Position numbers and translations under genes: made by a program. A model generated the notes under the pieces. It was not told where the DNA came from. It saw only the letters and a program-made list of their open reading frames with translations, and made no database searches. A DNA stretch of 63,775 nucleotides, the filler included, from Phoronis australis (Eukaryota > Animalia > Phoronida): assembly GCA_002633005.1 (NCBI GenBank). It is 5 parts of 5 records of this genome, joined end to end, with 100 filler letters (N's around TTAATTAATTAA, not from the genome) between each part and the next. Parts side by side here need not be neighbours in the genome. Positions count along the whole stretch, not along the records: positions 12,465 to 35,463 come from NMRA01001379.1; 4 more parts are not named here. One strand, given 5' to 3'. Shown here one piece after another: positions 12,465 to 26,663 of the stretch (positions within the stretch are counted from its first letter, which is position 1; each line of letters starts with the position of its first letter).

Positions 12465-15400
12465 CCTAATTAGCCAATTTTATACTTCTCCCACCCTCCC
12501 TACCCTGGGTACCACGACATCTCCTCTCAACCGATTCATAGCTTTCCCACACTCTATCCCTTTCGTCGAACAAAATCTGCTGTTGGTTATTGTTGTTTTT
12601 TCAGTCCCTGCTGGTAATTTCTTCAGGCCCGCAGCGTCATACCGTCTGGCAAGAACCGACGTCATTGGCTAGCGACCCAACCTGTACTCGAGCATCCATC
12701 ACTGCAGCTTGCTTCTCTCCACCCCGGTCACAGCTCTCGGCACATACTGAGCCACAACACCACGTTCCTTACAATATCTTTTTTATCAGTCCGGCTGGTC
12801 TGCTCACTCAGCTTGTCCGGAACCCAGCTTTGCAGGTTGTTATAGCCCAGTTGGCTGTTTGGTGTACCCACTTTTTACTTTATATGATATTTGCCCATTT
12901 GGCAGTTTGTACCCACTTGGTACTTGGTATTGAATTTGCCGTTTTGCTCGACCCAGTTGGTAGGCAATCGGCCATGTACCCATTTGGTACTACGCTAACC
13001 TGTGCCACTTAGCATCCGATACTCAGTTGTACTTTGGGTATCGGAAATGTGTGTGTGTGTGTTATCTCTTGTTATTAAGGAACCCATCTGGTTCCTTCTG
13101 TGAAATATTTATTTGTAGAGCTGTGACCCTGAAATTCCCAATACAACTTAAAATATACATTATTCTTGTTGTTTTATTTGTCCCCAATAACCCAAAATGA
13201 ACTGGCTGGCTGAGTTACTTAGTTGGATTAACAAGGCATTTCAAAACCGTACTGTGCATTCAGCACATTTTTTTCCGTTTGGTCATTTTGGTGTCTGTAT
13301 TACAATGCATAGAGCAATAATAGACAATAAAATTTGTAACGTTTGGTGTTTATCCCATTAATGTTTATAATCTTTAATATCCTTCCATTTCGGCAGACTT
13401 TTAGTAGAACGCTGGATCGTAACCTCTATATTGTGTACGCTTGCGCAATAACTAACATATTTTCTAAAGGAATTAATATTAAATGTTGCGAATTCTATCT
13501 TGAAAAGACAGAAAGCAGCCATGGAACTTAAGAAGTTGTGATATTTACTTAACTATCACGATTTTGTGAAATCCTAACAAGCCAAGGAATTTTTTATTTC
13601 TCGTGGGATAATTTTGCATGTGTAAAAAATCACGGGCATCGCATTAGTTTTGAGGCATCGAAAAAGGGGGCTTGCACAGTGAGCAGATACACTGAATACC
13701 CAGCGCCTTTATATTGGCATTTAAAGACTATAAGGCTATAATGAGCCAGGTAACTGTTTTCACACAAGGCTTATTTTAAAGATATTAAACAAAATGAGCT
13801 CTTACATTAAATTTTTTTATAAGATAGAAACTGCAGTAAATGATGTCTTGACTGGGCATGTTGTTAAGCCACTAAGCAGAATTAAATGCACAAACACTTT
13901 TTTTAGATAAATTATCATATTTTGTAAAAAGTGTTTAATCTAATAGATTGCTCAGGCAAGCGTGCTAACATTCATTAAAATCAGCGCGTAAGTAAATGAC
14001 GACATTTCCAGCCAACGTTTGGGTTTATTACTCTACACCATTCTCAAGTGAGTACAGATAAATAACCACATGATTAGAGTATGATGGGCCATTAAATTAC
14101 TTAATAGATGTTCTCTGCATTAAGACAGCTTTGCTAGGGGAGCGTGAGGCCCTTACGATTCTGGTGTAGGGCCTCATGGTTTGGTCTGCGTACTTAGTTA
14201 AAGCTGTAAAATTTGCTCAGTCACTGCATGTAAATTGCAAAAGTGGAAATCTGGTGGTGATAGATGCATGGCATACCCTCTATTATTTTTGTCACGTGGA
14301 GGTGAAAAATATAGTAAAACTGAGTTAAAATCAAATCACAAAATACAACGTGGTATAAACATTCGTGATGAAATATAAAACTCTGATAATGTTTTCAAAA
14401 TTATCATACCGTTTTTGTTTTACGCAACCTTTCAGAGATTTGACAAAAACGTCAGTCTCATTTCGGATATCGCTTCATACGCACACAGGACACTGTAAAA
14501 ACAAGTCTGCCAATTTTTTTCAGAGAACATTGCATTCCCTCATCAGTGCCTGAAATTTCAATGCAATGAAATCTATTAAAGATAGTTGTATTTCTAAGTG
14601 AATATCACTGTTTTCAAAGAGATGGCTTCCTGAAACAGCCTGCATTGTGTGAAGAATTTGCTCAAACAACCTGAAATAGCTGAAGATCTTAATGGATGGC
14701 AGCGCTGGTTAGCCAGATTTGTGGAATATGCAGTAACTTGCTTTCGGTGTATTGCGTTGGCTCGTGCCAAACATTGACAGGTACGTTTTGGCTTGGACTC
14801 AGAGGCGTCACCTAAATGTGAAAAGAGCAATGATCCGAAAAAATAGATTATATTACCATGCGCAGCGCTTTGAATCGTAAGCCGAATGAGGACAACTGTT
14901 TTTTAACAGTAGTATGGAAAGTCAAGTGATATTATGTATAAAGCACAGCCAGGCAAAATTTACCCACGGAGCTAACTTTCGTCGAATTATCTAATGTGTA
15001 CAGATTTTGCAATTGCCATTTTCTTCCAATGTTGCAACACGTATTGTAACATCTGCAACGCCTATACAGAGGCGTAGGAAGGCCTGTAAAAATGGGAGTG
15101 CATCCAACTACCATCTCCTTTTACCAAATTTAATCATTCTAATTCAAGTTCTCCAACACTTCGTTTAAGGTTAGATGGACAAAACATACAGAGTGCATTA
15201 TTTTTAGTAGTATAGATGCAGGTTGTCTGTATTCCACCCACCCGATGTCACTGATCCATCCTCAAAATCTACACGATTAGTTTATATCAGAAAAAAATTG
15301 ATGATGAATTAGTTGCTACCGGTAACAACAATACCTGAAACCACCAACCGCCCAAGAAAAGGTGTTCCAGACAATTGGTGTTCGCCATTGATTTCCTCTG

Positions 15401-16039
15401 ACTTAGAGGTGATTATTACCATGGAGATTATATTAGGAATAGTAATTACCATTCACGTTCTTACACTTGGATGCGCCCAAAGACGTTCTGACAGAAACAA
15501 CATGAATGTATCAAAAATGATTTTATTAATTCCCTTTGTTACGGTTGACAAGAAACTGTATTGCATTCTGTTACATGTTTTCTCTTAAAGGACTCAATTC
15601 GGACTTTCGCCTGAAACACATAACAAGAAAGAAAACGGAGTTATTCATTCGCTTATCAACGTAACTTTCAAATGATCTGGCAAACAATGCGTGCACAACG
15701 ATTGGCTTGTAACGCGGGATAAAAGATGTTTCCATAAAATAGCATTATCTTATACTGACACACTATGTACGGAAATACAAAAACGCACTTGCCAAGACTG
15801 AAATTTACTTACGCATGCTAAATTTTCCAATAGACCATAATGAAAGCAAGGCTGTAGAGAAGCAACAAGAGGTTGGGCCTTAGCTGAGCTCCGTGATCAA
15901 CTCCTCCAATGGGCTCGGCATCTGTTGAAAAAAGAAGATTAATAAGAGGAAGATGTAAATATGACAAGTAGTTGTGTGGTTTAAGATGAGTTGACAGTAA
16001 CATTATTGATCAACGTTACATACATGTCGGTTTGAGCTT

Positions 16040-16600
16040 GAAAACAATAAATTAAGCTCAATTATTGACCACAGGTTCTCGGTGCGTTTGCGCGAAGACG
16101 GAATTCCGTTCCTTGGATATACATGTAAACCTTGGGGCGTTTATTGGCAAAAATTATGCCAAAAATCCTTCTAAGGAGAAGTGCAACACTCCACTTTTAG
16201 CTTTTGGCTTGCACAGACAATGGTTGATATTGCTTCGTCAAAGTCGTGCACGAAGGCTTCCCCTGAACCATCATTCGATGGGCCTGTCTTAATGAGTATT
16301 TTTGTGTGAAATTCTGGCACTCATAGGATCTTTCTACTTCCATGTGCTCGCTTTAGCTAACAGAATGCGTGGTTGTTAAGGTCAGGCTCAGTCGGCTGAC
16401 GTTTGTTGAGAACTCTGTCAATGGCAAGGCTGCCTGCAAGGACTCCCGGTAGTATCGCGTGATTGCTTTGGAAGACCAATTTTCATTCTTGATAGATTGC
16501 GTTCTTGCCGCTTGGATGCTCATTGGCTTCTGATCGCCTATAGCTGCCAATTCGTACAGTATAACCCATGCTCAATTTTGACCGTAATGTTCTCAAGCTA
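16040..16600 (-). pseudogene. Highly decayed Gypsy integrase core (continuation of the Gmr1-like relic)
   Basis: Fragments ITRYYRES (~ATRYPEA), KIL*..QNFTQK (~EILTDQGTNFTS) and SVFAQTHREPV (~LFAYREVP) occur in the expected order; boundaries approximate. Confidence 0.4.
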
Positions 16601-16694
16601 ATGGGGCTATTCGGAAAATCTTCAATAACTAGAGGGCGTGCGTGTACTAGTGGTGATAGATTAACAGCCTCGATTTCGCGAGCCCTTTAAATAC

Positions 16695-18715
16695 ATGGTG
16701 AAATGGCTTGCAGCCGCGCCAACTGAATCTGAGATTGCGTAAAAAGGGTGCTTCTATGAGAGGAAGTAAGCACGACCTCATACAAAGGTAAGGTTATTTT
16801 AACGATTATTCCATGATTATTCTTCCGATGCCTGTTAACTGAGGCACTCACCGATGTCGACTTCGCGGCAGTCAGTCGCCAGCCAGAGTCTGGTTAATCT
16901 TGTGATACGATACTTGACGTAGCAATCGGGATATTTTCGTACATCAAAGCATTATTATTGTTTGGAATGTTTTCTAAAAGTTTATCAGTGACAGTTACAT
17001 CAATCAATGCTGAATGTTTATGCTGTCAACTCGATACAGGTTAATGAGTTAAGGTTACAATCCAATCCCAATGGCAAAGGGTACGTGAGTGATAAATATC
17101 CATTGCATTAGACTATTTGTTAACTCCCTATCATATGTCTTCTGGAAATCTATTACACGTTGAAATGGAAATCTATCACGTCAGTTTTCACGTAACCTTT
17201 GGTTTGTGCCGTGCAGAGGAGATATGCATCGCTTCTGTACCATCCCTGAATGGACTGGACAAAAATTGGTTTTTAGCATTTGACTGCAGCTAACCAACAA
17301 AATCTTCCCATCCAGTGCAGATCTGTTGTCAAAGCCTACTTTCAATATTGGAGACAACGAACAAAGCCTTTGAAAAGGAACAGCTATTTTTAAAGTCATT
17401 TTTGTTAAATTACTTATTCAGGTCCCGAGGGAGGATTGGCATGGGGGGTTGTAATATTTGGTACAACTGAATGTGTGGAAATAACAGGTAATACATGTTT
17501 GGGGAAAAGAGCATGGTGAGGTAATTCTTAACCTTCACGAAGTCCCTTCAAGTTGATTTCATGAAACTGTTTTGCTACTTGTATCAATTGTAAAACCACG
17601 AAAATATATTACATTTTCCGAATTCACAGTGACTGAATAGTCTTAACTCATGCCTTGAAATGTTGCAAGTCGTTATAAATTCAAATGACTGCCATTTTTG
17701 TGAAAATTGCATTTTTGATGGTGCCTTACGATTTGTAATTACTCTTAAACAACAGAAAGATTATCCATCATTTTTAAATGACCCAAGTCTTCATATCTTC
17801 TATAAGAAGAAAAACGGTTCCCTCAACCTTAGGCTAGAAGTATGCTTGACAGACCCATGAACCTGTAATCTGAGTTTAAAATTGCTGAAAGTATCAAAAT
17901 TAAAAAGGCTTGAAAATGGGTAACAAAGGTTTGAAGTTGTCTCAAAAAACTTGTATATTTTACAGACAAGTGATGCGTTTAAAGAATTGTTATGGCTAGG
18001 GATAAAAAATAAAGACACAGTTTTATGCAATACTCATTATATACACCCTTGGTTTCTGAAAATAGTAATTATTTACTTTTATGTGAAACTGTAGACCAAT
18101 CACCATATATTTTTGAAAAACAGGGATAACATTTTTGATCCAATCTGGAGTACTTAATTATTCATATTTCAATATTTGTTCCAGGTTCAGTGACATTTTA
18201 AGGCCACTTCAAGCTGTATCATAGACAAGCTTTGTTACTCCGTTCTCTTCCCACAGCACTTCCACACACCAGCAGTGCTGCATGGCACAATGTGCAAGTC
18301 AGTGGCCCTGGAGAAATGTGAATCGCAGTACTAAGTTACCATAAGACAATGTGCCAGTGGAGTGTCTGTGTATCCAGACGAACTATATCTGACTGCTACA
18401 CAAATAAGCCTTGTTGGTGAGGATGCCCTTTCATAGGCAATGAGTCATGTGTGGACAATAGCTTATTTCCTTTCCTGGAAGAAACATGAGGGACTGAAGC
18501 TAAAGAAGACCTAGTCACACTCTGGTCTAGTTCAGAGTCTGATTTTGGGCTCAAAACGATTCAAGTGATATGCTGCTGTGTTTACCTTCAAGGGTCTAAT
18601 TGTGGATGTTATTGAGGCTGAATGAGGTTACATGAAAGAAAGCCACGTGTTGAAACTGGACCTTTTTTACAAGCGCTTCTATAGGCCATTGAAACTAGAA
18701 CCCAGTGAAATGAAA
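16695..18715 (+). pseudogene. ISL2EU second gene remnant: SAP-like exon and YqaJ-type exonuclease C-terminus
   Basis: QLNLRLRKKGASMRGSKHDLIQR|gtaagg (SAP-like, exon ends 16787); near 18540-18710 AVFTFKGLIVDVIEAE*GYMKESHVLKLDLFYKRFY resembles the YqaJ C-terminus; stops and frameshifts present. Confidence 0.55.
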
Positions 18716-19779
18716 GCCAAAAGCTGAGTGACATTAAATTTTCCTTTCAGAAGAAAGGCTTTATACTATTGGTAAAAACTTTTCAATTTGGTACAGATTA
18801 TGGGGAAATGACATTCAGTGACTGCATCGATTGTCTTATTGTATGTTTTCAATTGTAGCTAGCTGGATAAGAATCTGCTATGCACAAGATTCGAGAATAA
18901 ACAATTATCAGTGTATTTAAAAACAAATGGCAAACTGAAAAAGCACAGAAAGAAACAACATTGCGAGGGAGTCCATAATCAGGCATATCAGGTGCTGAAT
19001 TTCTGAATTACGTTCAATTCTCTCAGGTTATTGCTGAAGGATTGCTTTTCACTTTGTCCAACGGTGAAATAGATGGTCAGGCGGTTGGTTTCAGTTGTTT
19101 TTTCTTGCCTGTAACAGAATAGAAATATTAGCAAATTGTAAAAGAAAAGACAAGACAAAACTACTTTTGTAAGGCAGAACATACTTGACATTTCATCTTC
19201 ATGTTTATGTGTAGAAACTAATAACCTTTGTACCCAAGTCTTATTTAATATCTGAATTAAAATATGTGAAACAGGCTAAAAGTGATTTAACAATGTGTAT
19301 TTTTCATGACACTTAAAATGTGCTTCTGATCTCAACAAGTAAAATTCATTCTAGGTGTCAATTTTTTTCCAATGCAATGTTACGACATTTACTGAATTAA
19401 GGCTTATTCATGTTAATTCGATAACTGAGCTGGTGGTCCTGGGGGTGGGGTCCACGATAAAATAAGGAAACTCACTCATCTAGAGAATTTTATTGGAAAC
19501 AGCATAGTTTTGAAGAGAAACTGCTGTGAAAAAGTCACTCTTGACTTCTGTGCATCACGTACCATACACCTCTTATTTTGGGAGCACTCCCACCCAGGAC
19601 AATATGAATATGTGCTGCTAGCCTACCCGGCATCGGGTGAGTTTCCAAAAAGAAACACTTAGTTCCACTCAATAAAACTGTTATTCAGTGGGGTAACTGG
19701 TGGGGATAACATCACCGAACGATGTTGATAGAAACTGATTGCTAAAAACTTACCAAGTAATGTTGTGTAGTCTCCGAAT

Positions 19780-19989
19780 GGAACTGCATAGTCATAGACA
19801 TAGAGCACACACGGGGCTTCAGCATCCACACACTTTTTGTCAGTTAGTTGACCCTGTTGACCGCAGTTGTCCACGAATATAGTAACCTTAGGTCTTTTGG
19901 GAATTTGTGGCCACCTGTCGAAGACTTGCACCAGGGAAATTAGCAGTAATAAGGCTTAGCGCGACGACGTATTTTGATAAAAATTCCAT
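19780..19989 (-). pseudogene. THAP zinc-finger N-terminus of the ISL2EU transposase
   Basis: YYC*FPWCKSSTGGHKFPKDLRLLYSWTTAVNRVN*LTKSVWMLKPRVCSM matches the THAP C..C, FPKD, W, VCS pattern. Confidence 0.7.
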
Positions 19990-20089
19990 CTTTTACCAGT
20001 TGTTTACATGCAGACAGCCACGCATGCGCAATTCAATCACCACTAGTACAGCAGCGACACCGCGAGCAGAATTCTCCGAATAGCCCCAT

Positions 20090-20228
20090 TGGTTAACTCG
20101 GTGAAAAAGTCCCTCAGTTCGCGGAGAAGTTCATCGCAGGTGTGTTATATCGTCGACCTACTGTTTCATATTATCTTAACCGCCCACATCACTCCCAGCA
20201 AAAAGTAGTTGCTGGTGATGTAAACGTA
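20090..20228 (-). pseudogene. Gypsy integrase zinc-finger fragment between the ISL2EU and BEL insertions
   Basis: ITSNYFLLGVMWAVKII*NSRSTI*H resembles I..NFYWPG...DV...CRSC.ICQ; continues MRKLLMIYTDEGLFG found on the other side of the BEL element. Confidence 0.5.
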
Positions 20229-20233
20229 ATTTT

Positions 20234-20697
20234 TGTCATGAATTCTCATGAAGTTAATTAAGTGCAAATTTCATCCCAACAAAACAGTTTATGTTATATA
20301 ACAATTCCGGACATCTTCTGTTGTTGTTTGCTATTTCACTGGGAAGTGCCCACTTACAGTAAAACCCTATACATATAAGTCAAACAGCTGTCCAGACTCC
20401 ATTGATGTTCATGAGTTCGATGAAATCACCGGAACTCTCAATATTGTTGTTTAGCACTCACAACCCACAAGTATTTCTATTCACTATACATATTGTAGCT
20501 CAAGTTAATAAACTGTGTGTGTCAGTACAAGCTCAACGACTGTGCTAGTTTTTATTCTGCTCTCCATCGACTTGCTGCTGCTACCTTGTTAGCCAACTAT
20601 CTACCGTTCAACCAAGAACCGCGTAACCCAAATATACTACCACGATCATCCCCGCACTAGGGGAATCCGCGTCTTCACATTGCTGATACCCCCTTCA
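20234..20697 (+). repeat. 5' LTR (TG...CA)
   Basis: Aligns with 26176-26658 throughout, with many substitutions and indels; contains AATAAA. Confidence 0.9.
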
Positions 20698-20701
20698 TTG
20701 C

Positions 20702-20717
20702 TGGTGCCAAGTGACCC
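20702..20717 (+). promoter_or_regulatory. Primer-binding site, resembling the complement of tRNA-His 3' end
   Basis: TGGTGCCAAGTGACCC starts 5 nt after the LTR end; compare TGGTGCCGTGACC. Confidence 0.55.
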
Positions 20718-20720
20718 AAG

Positions 20721-23700
20721 ATGGATGTCAACTGCCAAGATGCCAGAATGAACTTCTTCAGAAGGAGAGCCATCAAAGGGCAAATCACACAGATTGTGAA
20801 GGCCACACATCACCTCATGGAACAAGCCGAAGACACACCGGACGTGCCACTACGACTCGCGAAATATATCGATGATCTAGATGGAAAGATCAAAACAGTA
20901 ACTGAACTATTCACTAACTACGCCCAATATGTCGACCCTTACCAACTAGATAATTACGCAGAAGACATGTCATCCTACCTAGATGAAGTGGACAATCAGC
21001 TTCGGGACATGAGGTTCCACCGCAAGACGAATATATGTCAAAGCACACCTACAAGTGAGTCAAATATCTCGCCAACAACGCCAGCACCGATCAAAGCCCC
21101 ATCCAAGACCAGGATCAACCTCTCAAACCTACATCTCTCTGTATTCTTTGGAGACCAACTGAAATGGCTGGAATTCTACCACTCATTCGAAGCTGTTATT
21201 CATAAAGATACCACCCTTGCTCCGATGCAAAAAGTTCAATATTTACGAGCTCAACTATCTGGTGACGCCGCCTAAGTCACAGAAGGTCTGCCACTATCAA
21301 ATGATTCCTGTCAAGCCGCCTTGAAGCAACTGAATGACATCTATGTTAAGACTGAAGATCTAGTCACTCATTAAACTACAGCGTTGCTGAACATCCCTGT
21401 CCCCTCATCCGATGCTACCAAATTACGTCGATTCCACGTGCCTACGCGGTTTAGAGACACTAGGACAAGTCGCCGCACATGATCGTGTGCTTGTGACCAT
21501 CATACGTCAAAAGATACCTAAGGATGTGCTAATTCGATCAAATCGTGACCATGTCGGAGAAAAATGGTCCATCGAAAAACTGATGAATGACCTTGACAAG
21601 GACATCAATACAACCAAGCTGGAAATTTTACAAATACTGATGTAAGTACAGATTTTTATACAACGTCTGCCTTTTATACTGGGAATCGCCCAAGGCCAAC
21701 TTACGGTTCCCATCCAAGTGGCAATAGACGCCCCCCACCCCCCACGCCAAGATGCACTCCATCGAAGTACCCCAATCCGAGGATCAACACCCACCAGAAC
21801 TCGCAACATAGACAGCCATCTCAGCGCTCACCCCGTTTTTTGTAATCAAGGCCACACTGCTAATCAGTGTACATCTGTGACAGATGTCAAAAAACGAAAG
21901 GACATCGTGAAACAAGCTCGATTGTGCTTTAAGTGTTTATCTGACCGACACCTGAAACACGATTGCCCATCCAAGTTTTCCTGTCGCAACTGTGGACAGA
22001 TACACCACACCTGATGGTGCAATGCCACCATGAATCAACCATCGCCGCCGCATTCTCCGTTGATTCAACAAGCTAATCCTCTGCCGAGACGCCAACGAGT
22101 CCAACCTCCCAAAATACACATGTGAAGCTGACACCCAGGTCAGGACCAATCTTTTTGAAGACCGCCGTTGCCACCATATCAAGAGGATCAGCCCATGCAA
22201 AATGTAACGTATCATTTGATGACGGATGCCAACGCACATTCATGACACAACGTGTTTCCGAGAAATTGGGTATCCACCAACACGACTGTTCTACTAAAAA
22301 GATCAACTTGTCCACCTTTGGAGAACGGAAACTACCGCAATGGAAAAACCAGCTGATACTAATGAACTAACAACAAAACAAGGTAAAATGACTTTATCTG
22401 CTATTATTGTGCCACACATATCGACAACTGTTAAGAATCACCAACCTCAAGTGCTGCATCATCATGATTATCTTAGACAGTTACCCCGCCTAGCCTCACA
22501 TGAGCCATCGAAAGATTTTGAAATCGACCTGTTGATTGGATCTACTACTACTACAATGTTGTTGACGACAACGTAATTAGAGGTCCAGGACACACAGCTG
22601 TAAAATCACAACTAGGCTACTTGTTGTGTGGGCTTACAAACGTACCTGTAACCGCAACTGATGCCCACATCAACACTAAGACTTTTATGAGAATCTCAAC
22701 AAATGCCCCCGACATATCCAATTATTGGGTTTTGGAAACAATTGGCATTAGTGACAACACTGAAGAGGCAGGTTTTGACACCAATGCCTATTGCGTTGAC
22801 ACGTGATGACAATGGCCGCTTACCATGGAAGGCTGACCATGCCCCCCCTGCCCACTTACTACGCTATTGCTCAAGCCCGTACGCGATCGATGATTAAACG
22901 CCTGGACCAGAAAACGCTAGAAATCTACAATTATGTCATCAATGACCAGCCTATGAGGGACTTCATAGAACCCGTTTCGGTCGATGACCTTAACATTGGT
23001 CATTATATCCCTCACCAACCAGGAGCGAAAGACAGCGCAACGGCACCAATCAGAGTGGTTTATGACTGCAGCTGTTCCAAGCAACGTAATCCCACTCTTA
23101 ACGGTTGTCTGGAAACAGGTGCACCCCTACTGAATGACCTTGTTTCATTCTTGATACGTCTCCGTACGAAGACAGTGGCACTGACAAGCGCCATTGAAAA
23201 GGCCTTTATGAATGTCCTCTTATACGAGGACGATCGCAACTAAATTCCTGTGGCTAACAGACCCAGCGAATCCAGACAGCTCATTTAAAGTGTACAGATT
23301 CAAGTCTGTTTTATTTGGTTCCCGTTCTAGTCCATTCATTCTGAACTCTGTCATTAAGACACTTTGGACAACTATACTGATCCTGTGACAAGTGACACAC
23401 AACAGAAGATTTATGAGGATAATATTCTAAGTGGTGTTACATCGATTGACGACCAAACAAATTCCTCTCAATTAGCAGCGGAATAATACACCAAAGCTAA
23501 TGATGATATGTAACAAGCAGGCTTGAAATTAAGGTCAATGTCCTAGGACTCCAATGGGATACAAGTTCAGATTACATAATTTATCCACCACAGTCAACTC
23601 AACCTGGAAGTGAAGTGACCAAGCGACAAATACTCAAATTCTTGTCCCCCTTGTTTGACCCTCTAAGATTCCTGTCCCCAATACATGCCAAGGCAAAATT

Positions 23701-25894
23701 TTAATTTAAGAACTATGGTTAGAGAAATGGAAATGGGACGACCCACTCTCACCCACACTGTTTGTTCATTGGAACACCATATGCCAGGACTTGCTTGCAG
23801 CCCGATCAATTTGGCTACCACGCTAGTATTTCAGTAACCTTGTGTCGAAGCAGGTTGAAATTCATGTATTTTGTGATGCCAGCACCCTTGCATATGGCGC
23901 AGCAGTCTACCTCATAGCAGGCCAAGAAACGTCTATAGTTATGGCAAAAACGAGGGCCAAACCGACTACAGAAATCACCCTACCACGATTGGAATTGATG
24001 GCAGCTTTGCTTGGTGCAAGATTATCGAGCTTTGTGAAAAATGCTCTCTCTACAAACCTGGAAATAACCAAGTCGATCTTGTGGTGTGACAGTCAAATTG
24101 TGCGACAGATTAGACAACCGAAATTCGATGCAATCAAATATTGCCCAACCAAACAGAACCCTGGTGATCTACTAACCAGAGGCATTCCGGCCTCAAGTCT
24201 CAACACAAGCGATATCTGGTAGAATGGACCAAGCTTTCTTTCTACAGGTGACTACTCGATCAGTATATCACCGAACACTGTCATGTCATGTTTAGACAGT
24301 CCATTTATCCAGTTCAACAGATGACCACCCAAATGTACTGCTGTGTGCTGGGACACGGACTCAACAACCAAGTAGTGCTCAACCAACCAGACATATTACG
24401 CAACAGCATCAACATCAGGAACAGCAGACCCAACACATAGACCCTGAGGTAACTTGTAAACTTGAAACAGTTTTATAATTGACAGCAAGCGCTTTGCTAC
24501 CCTAGACAGATTGCTTCATGTGACAGCCTATGTTCTGAAGTTTGTGAAAATGTTACGGAGACAACCAACAAGAGTAAAACTGACTGTGGATGACTTGGAA
24601 AATGTGAAATTAATGTGGATCAAGCACATTCAGAACAACTATTACTATCGCGAACTTAGTGTTTTACGAAGAACAAAAAGGAACTGTCCATTAGTATGAC
24701 AGTTGAAGTTCTTTCTTGACAAAGACGACATCATTCGCTGCGGGGGAGGCTCTTGAGAATGCAAGTATCCCATACGATTCTAGATATCCGATTTTACTCC
24801 CTCCTGAAGACAGATTCTCTGTTCTCATCATCAAAGCTGCACACGATTTCTTAAAACATGCTGGAACTTCGTCTACAATTACTCAAGTCAGACAGCAATA
24901 CTGGATACCAAGAATTCGACAGATTGTCAAGTCTGAGCTGCGAAAATGCGTTCCATGCCTACGAAACAATGACCGACGTTATGCGATCCCCATGGATCCA
25001 CCACTAGCAAAGTACAGATCGGACAAAGCGCCGCCATTCGCTATTGTTGGAGTCGACTAGACAGGTACTCTTTATTATCAAAATGCTGTATCGAAACACA
25101 ATAAATGTTATGTCTTGCTCTTCACCTGTGCAGTGACTAGAGGATGTCATTTAGAATTAGTTACAGATATCACCACAGTAGGGTTTTTAAGAGCCTTTAG
25201 TAGATTTTGCAGTCAAAGTCACGCAATTTCCGACAACGCATCCACCTTTGTATCATCTGTGGAAACAATTAAGAACATTATTGCAAGCGAATATGTGGAA
25301 AATTATCTACTCCATAAATGCATCAAATGGACACTTATCCCCAAACGATCCACATGGTTTGGTGGATTCTATGAAAGATTGATCAGTATAACGAAATCGG
25401 CAATGAAGTGTGTAACTGTGCTGACAGAAATAGAATCTGTCATCAACAAAAGGCCATTAATATATGTATCATGTAATAATGACGACCCAAAACCACTTAT
25501 CCCATCAGATATGATTCTTGGACGTATGACTTCAACAATACCCCGCCAGTTTACAGAATTTGACGAAATTAAAGATTTTACTCTACGACACGATTCCATG
25601 AAAAGACGAGTGAAATATTTGAATAAGCTGTATACAGACCTTTGGATACTATGGAAAAAGCGATTATTTAGCATCCCTTCGAGAGAGACATGTCCGTCTG
25701 GCACAATTCAGAAAAACGTAATTACCAAGGGAGACGTCGTGCTCATTCATTTCGAAGCTGAAAAACGTGTCAACTGGCCCATGGGCATCGTGAAAGATTT
25801 GAACATTGGAGCTGATGGATTCGTACGTTCAGCAAACATCAAGACAAGGAACGGATTGATAAATCGACCAATAGCCAAAGTCCACCCGCTCTAA
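20721..25894 (+). pseudogene. BEL/Pao gag-pol polyprotein, disrupted by many stops and frameshifts
   Basis: WLEFYHSFEAVIH (gag), CFKCLSDRHLKHDC knuckle, FDDGCQRTF protease, YIPHQ...IRVVYDCS and IEKAF (RT), HVFCDASTLAYGA (RNase H), QQYWIP, GGFYERLI and GDVVLIH...RPIAKVHPL (integrase). Confidence 0.95.
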
Positions 25895-26175
25895 GTAAAC
25901 AGTAAGGTAATGAACAACGATAACACGGATTTTAAAATCAATCAAGGAGATGTTGATCGAACTAAGCGATTATTCATCCAAGACCAAGATGAACATTCAG
26001 ATTAATTGTATATCAAGCAGCGACTATGTAATTCATGCATAACCATATGACTAGTTTGTGTACCCGTACTCATGGCATATCTTAATTCGATACATGTATA
26101 TGTGATATTTTGAGTGAGTGCAACATAACAGTTGTTCTTAAAATTTGAATATTTTCACCTTGTCGGCCGGCGGAG

Positions 26176-26658
26176 AGACATGCATTCTCATAAAGTGAAT
26201 TAGTTGCAAATTTCATCATATCCTATGACATACAACTATCCCAAAAGATCAGTTTATGTTATATAACAATTCCGGACATCTTGTTTTGTTGTTTACTATG
26301 CCACTGACCAGTGCCCATGCATAGTGAAACCCTAAAGCCAAACAGCTGTCCAGACTCCATTCATGTTTTCGAGTTGGATGAAATCACCGGAACAATCAAT
26401 GTTGTTGTTGTTTTGCACTCACAACGCACACATATTTCTGCTCACTATATAAATTGTAGATAGAGTTAATAAACGTTGTGTGTCAGTAGAAGCTCAACGA
26501 CTGTGTTAGTTTTTATGCTGCTCTCCATGGACTTGCTGCTGCTGCCTTGTTAGCCAACTATCTGCCGTTCAACCAAGAAACGGGTGACCCAACTATACTA
26601 CTACGACCATCCCCACATTAGTGGAATCCGTGTCTCCACATTGCCGATTTCTCCATAA
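26176..26658 (+). repeat. 3' LTR, preceded by GGCCGGCGGAG PPT-like tract
   Basis: Direct repeat of 20234-20697; terminal dinucleotides have mutated. Confidence 0.9.
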
Positions 26659-26663
26659 ATTTT

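Larger units (their letters stand above)
16603..20087. mobile_element. ISL2EU-type (PHIS superfamily) DNA transposon, decayed and internally deleted
   Basis: 13-bp TIR GGGGCTATTCGGA, AT duplication on both sides, shared subterminal TGTACTAGTGGTGAT; convergent THAP (minus) and SAP/YqaJ-like (plus) remnants. Confidence 0.8.
20234..26658 (+). mobile_element. Full-length but decayed BEL/Pao LTR retrotransposon
   Basis: Two LTRs, ATTTT at 20229-20233 and 26659-26663, PBS and PPT-like tract, gag-PR-RT-RH-IN order. Confidence 0.95.

Noticed and set aside
12465-13232. LTR-like composition ending ...TAACA and a 140-aa ORF
   Set aside because: No second copy, PBS or TSD; left side is cut by a spacer; ORF has no recognisable motif
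15421-15588. MEIILGIVITIHVLTLGCAQ signal-peptide-like ORF
   Set aside because: Weak donor and no downstream exons identified
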